Part shown: positions 6,905-12,994 of the stretch, piece after piece
How the letters are laid out: every line of letters begins with the position of its first letter
How positions within the stretch are numbered: position 1 is the first letter of the stretch
DNA from: a candidate division WOR-3 bacterium
GTDB lineage: Bacteria > Hydrothermota > Hydrothermia > JBDRYB01
Direction: 5' to 3'
DNA: 21,135 bases
Assembly: GCA_049969615.1 (NCBI GenBank)
Contig: JBMFOM010000023.1
Location: 1-21,135 of the forward strand
Translations under genes and position numbers: made by a program
Notes under the pieces: model-generated
Seen by the model: the letters and a program-made list of their open reading frames with translations, nothing else
What the model was told of the DNA's origin: nothing
Databases searched by the model: none

Positions 6905-7899
6905 CCATCTAAATTCAGGATAATATCCGCTATTATGGCTCTGAGATTAGAATTTAGAGGCCTGGGCGAGAGTATTCTCTTCTTTTCGGGACGAACACAG
7001 GAGAGATCGCCGTGCCGCAGATCAACCAGAAGCCCCATCCTTATGAGCATCCTATCAACCCCTCCCAACCTGCCAGCGAAAACAGTGTAGGACGGAACGC
7101 CCAAAAGCGCGGCCTCCCTCGTTATGGTTCCGCCGGCGCCTATGACCATGTCCGCGTGCCAGACCAGGTCAGGGCCGTAATAGGCCCTATCCGGGATAAT
7201 CGCGCCCCGTGCCCTCCCCCACTCCGCCTGTCCACGCGTCCGCGGCAACAGAACAACGCGCGCGCCACGGGTAATAAGGCCCTCAACCACCGAAACGAAA
7301 ACCCTGTTTTCCTTTCCGTGATAAGCCGCGTATGTCGCTGGGCCCCTCGCCAAAGCAATTATCTCATCCGAACCAATGCCCATACCATCATAAGGCGACG
7401 GACCAGGGGTGTAATCAGCGAGATAAACCTCCTCCTTGAAGCCGGGATACTGAATGACGCGCCTCGCACCCTGTTTCTTAGCCGCGCCAACCGGAAACGT
7501 CTCAGGCACGAAGACCGCTTTTGCCAGGGTGAACGCGATGTGGTTCGCGGGCTGGCCCTCGTAGTCCATGAATGTTATGAATGGGATACCAACCCACCGG
7601 GCCGCGACTGCCTGGGAGTAGGAGTTGTGGGACATGGCCAGGTCAAAACCCCTCCCCTTTGCCCAACGAGCCAATTGCCTCGCGTGGCCCAGTAGGTTCG
7701 TGGCCTTCCTGAGAAATCCCCTGCCAGCGTGCCGGCCGATGACCACAGGCTCAAAGCCCATGAGCCTGGCGACTTCAAGGGTATTGCCAAAATGCCTGCT
7801 GGTGACGAGGACCGCGTAGCCCCTTTCTCGGAGTATTTTAACTATGGGTGCGAAGAACAGGGCGTGCGGAGCATTGGCGAGATCAAGCCAGAGGGTCAT
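6901..7899 (-). CDS. DUF354 family protein (GT-B fold, glycosyltransferase / UDP-GlcNAc epimerase-like)
   Basis: WLDLANAPHALFF, VIGRHAG, FMDYE, YPGFKEEVYL, GAGGTITREAALLGVP motifs. Confidence 0.85.
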   Translation of the reverse strand: MTLWLDLANAPHALFFAPIVKILRERGYAVLVTSRHFGNTLEVARLMGFEPVVIGRHAGRGFLRKATNLLGHARQLARWAKGRGFDLAMSHNSYSQAVAARWVGIPFITFMDYEGQPANHIAFTLAKAVFVPETFPVGAAKKQGARRVIQYPGFKEEVYLADYTPGPSPYDGMGIGSDEIIALARGPATYAAYHGKENRVFVSVVEGLITRGARVVLLPRTRGQAEWGRARGAIIPDRAYYGPDLVWHADMVIGAGGTITREAALLGVPSYTVFAGRLGGVDRMLIRMGLLVDLRHGDLSCVRPEKKRILSPRPLNSNLRAIIADIILNLDG

Positions 7900-7926
7900 T
7901 TCAAACAGAGATTTCGTCTCCTGGTC

Positions 7927-8145
7927 TCATAGCCTTATCCGCTCAACATCTACCATGTGTCCTCCTGCCACTGTAGACAATAACTTATCCTCCAACCCCG
8001 CCAACCTCCTGGCCTCCTCTATGGCCGCGGTGTTCATACGGCGGATATTTTCTTTGGTAAGCTCGGGTGGGACTATTCGTAAGCCTTCAAGTCTGTAGCC
8101 CTCCCTTTCAAGGGCTTCCATTACCTTCTCTCTTAGTTTTTCCAC
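7927..8145 (-). pseudogene. 72-aa ORF, probable N-terminal remnant of a DUF4338 / Druantia DruA-like protein
   Basis: LREKVMEALEREGY..IVPPELTKENIRR..EDKLLSTVAGG..VDVERIR resembles the recalled N-terminus of DruA-like proteins; AAGGA SD before GTG; not verified by search. Confidence 0.45.
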
Positions 8146-8152
8146 AGTTCCT

Positions 8153-9121
8153 TCACTTCAACCCTTTCTTCTTCAGCTCACCCAGGTTGAGGATGGTTCC
8201 CTGGTCCGAGACTATGACCTGGACATCGTCGGAGAGCTTGTCAACATACATATAGGTAATATATTCGGGGTTGCGTTTGAGCTCCGCTGAAACTATCCTG
8301 ATAGCATTGGCCGTGCCCTCTGCCTCTATCTTCTTGCGCTCGGCCTCCTTTTGCTCTTTCTCAAGGACATAGCTCATGCGCTCCGCGTCCTGCTGGGCTA
8401 TCTGCTTCTGCTCTATAGACTTGGAGAAATCCGGCGGGAAGTGGACATCACGGAGCATTACCCCCTCTATGATGAACCCGTCCTTCTCAAGCAGACCCTT
8501 CAGGGTGGCGAAGATCTCGTCTTCTATGGTCTTCCGGCGAGCGGAATAGACCTCCATTATGTTATACTTTGAAATAACATGCCTGGTCACGGAGCGGCAC
8601 GCTGGCTTGATTATTTTTTCCTCGTAATCGGGCCCTATGCGCTTGTGTATGTCAACGATTTGGTCAGGGTTCAATCTATACCAAACCGTCAGGTCTATGC
8701 CAACCGAAAGTCCTTCCTTTGTTGGGGACCAGAGGGTCTCATCCGCCCTGGGGGGCTTTTTCTGGCCCTCGCCAACCGAGCTCATGGTGTAATCCTGGCG
8801 CCGCATGTCATAGATATACACATTATAGACCATGGGGGGCAGGAACGCGACGCCCTCGCCGGATACCTCGTATTTCTTGGAGACCACATTGAACTTCACC
8901 ATCACATTGCCAACAGGAACCACCCTTATGGTTGAGAAAATCCCCAAAAGCACGATGACGGTTGACACAATTATGATAAGCGTAGGGGAAAGTTTGAGCC
9001 TTCTGATGGTCACTATCTCACCCTGGCGCTCGGTAACAACGACCTTGGTGCCGAAACGCCATATGAGCCAACCCGCACCCACAAGCACAACCAGAGTAAT
9101 AACAAACCATATCCAGTTCAT
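8153..9121 (-). CDS. SPFH / prohibitin (band 7) family membrane protein
   Basis: Two N-terminal TM segments, PTKEGLSVGIDLTVWYRL, LRDVHFP, SIEQKQIAQQDAER, EAERKKIEAEG; start moved to ATG 9121. Confidence 0.9.
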   Translation of the reverse strand: MNWIWFVITLVVLVGAGWLIWRFGTKVVVTERQGEIVTIRRLKLSPTLIIIVSTVIVLLGIFSTIRVVPVGNVMVKFNVVSKKYEVSGEGVAFLPPMVYNVYIYDMRRQDYTMSSVGEGQKKPPRADETLWSPTKEGLSVGIDLTVWYRLNPDQIVDIHKRIGPDYEEKIIKPACRSVTRHVISKYNIMEVYSARRKTIEDEIFATLKGLLEKDGFIIEGVMLRDVHFPPDFSKSIEQKQIAQQDAERMSYVLEKEQKEAERKKIEAEGTANAIRIVSAELKRNPEYITYMYVDKLSDDVQVIVSDQGTILNLGELKKKGLK

Positions 9122-9127
9122 GGGAAT

Positions 9128-9218
9128 ATTATATTGGCTAAGCGTTGCTCGTTGCCAGTTGCTTGCAGACCCAAAAGCAGGAGAATCGTGGCCTCCCATC
9201 AAATGCCAGGGTTATAAT
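9128..9218. promoter_or_regulatory. Back-to-back divergent leaderless promoters
   Basis: Minus: TGGCAA (9157-9152), 18 bp, TATAAT (9133-9128), 6 bp, ATG 9121. Plus: TGGCCT (9189-9194), 18 bp, TATAAT (9213-9218), 6 bp, ATG 9225. Confidence 0.7.
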
Positions 9219-9224
9219 CTGAGC

Positions 9225-10193
9225 ATGCTCGTGGCTATGTTCCTCACCATAACAGGCCCCTCCCAGCCAGCATCGGGACCCGGCGGAAGGGATTATCCGC
9301 ACAAATCTTATACCGTCAAGAAATTCGGCGAGGACGAAAAGGCATTCTGGATTTTCATGCCCTCTGAACCAAAACTCCAGACAGCACCAGTAATCCTGTT
9401 CCTGCACGGGTGGCTTGAGGTTGACCCCGTAGGGTTCATTGCTTGGCTTGAACACCTGACCCGGCGGGGAAACATCGTCATCTACCCCAGGTATCAAAGG
9501 AACCCCCTGCATCCCAGGCCGGATATGTTTGTGGAGGCAACAGAGGCTACGAAAAAAGCACTGGACATCATGCCATCCCTCGGCATCGTGCCTGACACAT
9601 CCCGGTTCGCTGTTGTTGGACACTCAATAGGCGGGATGATGGCGTTTGCAATAGCGTCCTCCTGGGATTCCCTTGGCCTGCCGAGGCCAAAGGCAGTGAT
9701 GTCTATTCAGGGAGGCGGGAAACCCCTTCCGGCATTTGCCCCAGAGCGAATACACCCCAACACCCTCCTCCTGGCGGTTGCTGGTGATTATGACTTTATA
9801 GTCGGCGATGATCTCTCGGAACAGATGATCCTCAGGGCGGTTCAGGTCCCGGATTCAAACAAGGACTTCTTGGTTGCGATGTCCGATGACCACGGATTCC
9901 CGCCTCTCTTAGCGGACCACATATCCGCGCTCGCTGGCCTACCTGGAATGGGTTGTTGCGCGGCAAGTCTTATAACCAGGTTCTATGGCAAATCCAACGC
10001 GAACACGGATGCGTTGGATTGGTATGGTTGGTGGAAGCTCTTTGATGGCCTGACAGATGCCGCGTTTTATGGAAAGAACAAACATTATGCCCTCGGCGGA
10101 ACACCAGAGCAACTATACATGGGCACATGGAGCGACGGAGTTCCTGTCAAAAGAATGAGAAGGCCGCTGTTTGAGGGGCCAGAGCCGGAGTAG
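9225..10193 (+). CDS. Alpha/beta hydrolase (chlorophyllase/lipase-like), probably exported
   Basis: PVILFLHG, VIYPRYQ, nucleophile elbow GHSIGG, GDYD, ADH; ORF-track extension 8832-9224 overlaps the SPFH gene and is rejected. Confidence 0.85.
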   Translation: MLVAMFLTITGPSQPASGPGGRDYPHKSYTVKKFGEDEKAFWIFMPSEPKLQTAPVILFLHGWLEVDPVGFIAWLEHLTRRGNIVIYPRYQRNPLHPRPDMFVEATEATKKALDIMPSLGIVPDTSRFAVVGHSIGGMMAFAIASSWDSLGLPRPKAVMSIQGGGKPLPAFAPERIHPNTLLLAVAGDYDFIVGDDLSEQMILRAVQVPDSNKDFLVAMSDDHGFPPLLADHISALAGLPGMGCCAASLITRFYGKSNANTDALDWYGWWKLFDGLTDAAFYGKNKHYALGGTPEQLYMGTWSDGVPVKRMRRPLFEGPEPE

Positions 10194-10199
10194 GCAAAT

Positions 10200-10307
10200 G
10201 AAACCCCGAAAACCCCGGTTTGTCCTTAGTCCCTATCCGGGAGACTCCTCATAGCTAGAAGAGAACCATGAGGAAATGCCCTTATGGTGGGGTTTTCAAT
10301 GGGTTTC
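10200..10307. repeat. Dispersed repeat B, full copy with inverted ends
   Basis: GAAACCCCGAAAACCCC ... GGGGTTTTCAATGGGTTTC; colinear with 12373-12476; fills the gap between convergent genes. Confidence 0.8.
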
Positions 10308-11133
10308 AACCCAATTCATCCAGTATCCGAAACATGCACGCTGGGTCAACCAGGTTGCCCGTGCCAACCTGGACAGCTACAGCGCCTGCACTCAAGTAGC
10401 GCCGGACATCAGCCGCGTTCCTTATGCCACCGACACCAATAACCGGGATCCCAACGACCCTTGAGACCTCGCGGACCAGAAAGAGACTGATGGGCATTAT
10501 CGCGGGGCCGGATAATCCTCCGATGAACTCGGAGCCATCATCCCTGACCCAAAGCCCCTTGTAAGTATTCGCAATGACCAGCGCATCAGCACCACCCCTC
10601 TCGGCGGCCCTGGCTTCAGATACTACATCAGTCAGGAATGGGGTCAGTTTTACCCAAAGGGGCTTGTTGGTTTTCAACCTGAGGTCGCGAACAAGCCCCT
10701 CCAAGGCCGCGTGGTTCCTGCCGAATTCTGTTCCTCCCTCAACATTAGGACACGAGACATTAACCTCAAGCACCGAAACCCCATCGGCACTGTCAAAGGC
10801 CTCGACCAACGCAAGGTAATCGGAGCCGCGCTCTCCCGCTATGTTAACCACAATTGGAGGGCCAATGCGTCTTATACGCGGAAGAATATCCGCGAGAAAC
10901 ACCTCAAGCCCTGGGTTCTCAAGGCCAACGGAATTCAATATCCCGCAAGGGGTTTCCTGGGCTCGTGGAGGGGGATTGCCTTGCCTGGGTTTTAGGGTCA
11001 CGGCCTTGGTGACTAGAGCGCCGAGCCTGTTCACCGGCAAGCGGTCCGCGAGCTCGTATCCGAAGCCGAAGGTTCCTGACGCTGGCATCAAGGGATTCCC
11101 GAGCTCCAGAGTTCCTATCCGGACCTTTTGCAC
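10306..11133 (-). CDS. pyrD: Dihydroorotate dehydrogenase family 1 (1B-like) catalytic subunit
   Basis: NPLMPASGTFG, KAVT..PRQGNPPPR, NSVGLENPG, NVSCPNV, VKLTP, ANT, GGLSG, GVGGI, VQVGT; start placed at GTG 11133. Confidence 0.93.
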   Translation of the reverse strand: MQKVRIGTLELGNPLMPASGTFGFGYELADRLPVNRLGALVTKAVTLKPRQGNPPPRAQETPCGILNSVGLENPGLEVFLADILPRIRRIGPPIVVNIAGERGSDYLALVEAFDSADGVSVLEVNVSCPNVEGGTEFGRNHAALEGLVRDLRLKTNKPLWVKLTPFLTDVVSEARAAERGGADALVIANTYKGLWVRDDGSEFIGGLSGPAIMPISLFLVREVSRVVGIPVIGVGGIRNAADVRRYLSAGAVAVQVGTGNLVDPACMFRILDELG

Positions 11134-11139
11134 AGCGAG

Positions 11140-11169
11140 ATTATGTGGCAAGGGCTTTCCGGAAGACAA
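11140..11169 (-). promoter_or_regulatory. Putative leaderless promoter of pyrD
   Basis: TTGTCT (11169-11164), 18 bp, CATAAT (11145-11140), 6 bp, GTG. Confidence 0.6.
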
Positions 11170-11179
11170 GCACAGGGGA

Positions 11180-12283
11180 CTAGAAACCGATCCTCCCTTT
11201 TGCCCAGATATAACAGGTTCCCTCAACCGAAACCATGCATGGGCCATAGGGATTCTCGGGCCTGCACGAGGACATGAACAGCGGGCAATCCGTGGGGTAT
11301 GCCCTTCCCGTGACCACCAGGCCACAAGAGCAACCCTCGGGCATATCCTCCGAGTGATCGTGATATTCAATCCCGAACCTGCACCTGGCATCAAGGTGAG
11401 AGAATTTTTCTCTCAGGAAAAGCCCTGAATCCGGAACCATTCCTAGTCCGCGCCAGAATGCCTCGCGAACCTCAAAGGCCTCGCTCATCATCTCCTGAGC
11501 CCTAGTGTTGCCCTCGTGCTTGACGACCCTGGAGTATTCATTGTGGAGATGGGCCTCTCCTCTGATCATGTCCTCAAGGAGGATGATCGTGCCCAGTAGC
11601 ACATCCAGAGGTTCAAAACCAGCGACCACGGCCGGTATGTCGTAGTCCTCAGGGAACATGTTCCAAGCGATCGCACCAGTGATGGAGGAGACATGGCCAG
11701 GCGCGATTATCCCCCGGAGGGGAACCCCATCCCTTATCAACGCCTCAACAGCCGGCGGAGTGAGCCTGTGGGATGTGAGGATGGAGAAGTTATCCGGCGG
11801 ATCAGAAAGGACTAAAGCCGCGGTGGGCGCGGCAGTGGTCTCAAAGCCAATGGCGAAGAATACGACCTCCTTATGAGGATTTTCGCGAGCGAGCCTCAGC
11901 GCATCAAGGCCAGAATAGACTATACGAACATCGGCCCCGTGAGCCTTTGTCTCCGCGAGTGATCCGTATGGCGTGACATCCCGGATCATGTCACCGAATG
12001 TGCAGAGGATTGCTCCTTGCTTGGATATTTCAATGGCTTCCCTGACCTCCTGGGAAGACGCGACACAAACCGGGCAACCCGGGCCCGAGACAAGTTCAAG
12101 GCTCCCGGGCAAAAGAGGCCTCAACCCCCACCTGACCAGGGTGTGCTCGTGCGAACCGCAGACATGCATGAGCTTGACGGGCCCCGGTAGTTTCTGGACA
12201 AGGGAGTCTATCCTGCTGAGAGCCTCGTCAACCCGTTCTTTTTTTCGGAAGTCAGAGAGAGGGCTGGTCATTTTATCTTGCAT
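11180..12283 (-). CDS. hypD: [NiFe]-hydrogenase maturation protein HypD
   Basis: MHVCGSHEH, GPGCPVC, GFETT, PGHVS, C-terminal Fe-S cysteines GPCMVSVEGTC; start ATG 12283 or 12271. Confidence 0.95.
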   Translation of the reverse strand: MQDKMTSPLSDFRKKERVDEALSRIDSLVQKLPGPVKLMHVCGSHEHTLVRWGLRPLLPGSLELVSGPGCPVCVASSQEVREAIEISKQGAILCTFGDMIRDVTPYGSLAETKAHGADVRIVYSGLDALRLARENPHKEVVFFAIGFETTAAPTAALVLSDPPDNFSILTSHRLTPPAVEALIRDGVPLRGIIAPGHVSSITGAIAWNMFPEDYDIPAVVAGFEPLDVLLGTIILLEDMIRGEAHLHNEYSRVVKHEGNTRAQEMMSEAFEVREAFWRGLGMVPDSGLFLREKFSHLDARCRFGIEYHDHSEDMPEGCSCGLVVTGRAYPTDCPLFMSSCRPENPYGPCMVSVEGTCYIWAKGRIGF

Positions 12284-12301
12284 GATAAAGTATGACATAC
12301 T

Positions 12302-12372
12302 TCCTGCACAGGATCAACACTTGTGTATTTGGGGAGACCAGGCAGGTTCTGAGGCAATGGTTCTAAGTCCTT
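12302..12372. repeat. Dispersed intergenic repeat A, copy 2
   Basis: About five differences from 610-680. Confidence 0.9.
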
Positions 12373-12476
12373 GAAACCCCTGAAAATCCTGGGTTGTCCT
12401 TCGTCCCTATCCGAAAGCCTCATCATAGCCATAAGAGAATCCTGAGGAAATACCATTATTGCGGGATTTTTCAGAA
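12373..12476. repeat. Dispersed repeat B, full copy
   Basis: GAAACCCCTGAAAATCCTGGGTTGTCCTTCGTCCCTATCCG...CATAGC..AAGAGAA..TGAGGAAAT..CGGGATTTTTCAG aligns with 10200-10307. Confidence 0.8.
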
Positions 12477-12520
12477 GGCCCCTCTTAGAAACCTGTTCTC
12501 TTGGACAAAACGTTCCTGGC

Positions 12521-12994
12521 TCAAGCCAGTAGGTTATTACTGATCTCAAGGGATGATTTCAGGGTCCTGAGGGCCCTCTCTATCATCTCCTTGTTCTCAT
12601 ACAAGATCTCAAGCGCCCTGTATAGGCACCGGAGCTCAAGGCCCTCAGCCCCAGGTATGGAGAAAACGGCCCTCTGGTTGGCCTTCTTTCTCTTCTTGCC
12701 CCAGATGTTCTCAACTATCTGGAGGTACCTGTATTCCTTCGGAAAGAGCTCCCCGAATAAATTCGGGGTTCTTGCTCCGCTCATGAGGCTCCCCGCATCC
12801 CCGAATAAATTCGGGGTTCTTGCTCCGCTCATGAGGCTCCCCGCATCCCCGAATAAATTCGGGGTTCTTGCTCCGCTCATGAGGCTCCCCGCAATAAATT
12901 GCGGGGTATCAAAGGGGAGACTCAGGAGCTCACCAGAACGCCGAACTTGTTCGATGAAAACCCTCATGGCTTACAGCCTGTCATAAAATCTGGG
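12521..12994 (-). mobile_element. Internally deleted IS1634-like transposase remnant (ORF 12521-12967) with one terminal repeat
   Basis: YRYLQIVEN..K..QR and IPGAEGLEL..LYRALEIL...KEMIERAL match recalled N-terminal and central IS1634 motifs; no DDE core; terminus CCCAGATTTT at 12994-12985 shared with the MITE end at 855. Confidence 0.6.
12751..12906. repeat. REP-like palindromic element, 48-bp unit x3 plus terminal palindrome
   Basis: Units 12751-12798, 12799-12846, 12847-12893; palindromes CCCCGAAT-AA-ATTCGGGG (x3) and CCCCGCAAT-AA-ATTGCGGGG (12887-12906). Confidence 0.95.

Noticed and set aside
7927-7929. Selenocysteine or recoded TGA
   Set aside because: No SECIS-like hairpin recognised, no redox motif, and other genes in the window use TGA as a normal stop.
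8832-9224. N-terminal extension of the hydrolase ORF
   Set aside because: Antisense to the SPFH gene; promoter geometry and signal-like residues support ATG 9225.
11134-11394. N-terminal extension of pyrD
   Set aside because: Overlaps the 3' end of hypD in another frame; PyrD similarity starts at VQKVRIG.
12751-12906. CRISPR array
   Set aside because: The sequences between palindromes are identical rather than unique spacers, the 48-bp period is short for an array, and no cas genes are present.
12501-12986. 161-aa plus-strand ORF with SPNKFGVLAPLMRLPA repeats
   Set aside because: It is the antisense shadow of the transposase remnant; recognisable motifs are on the minus strand.
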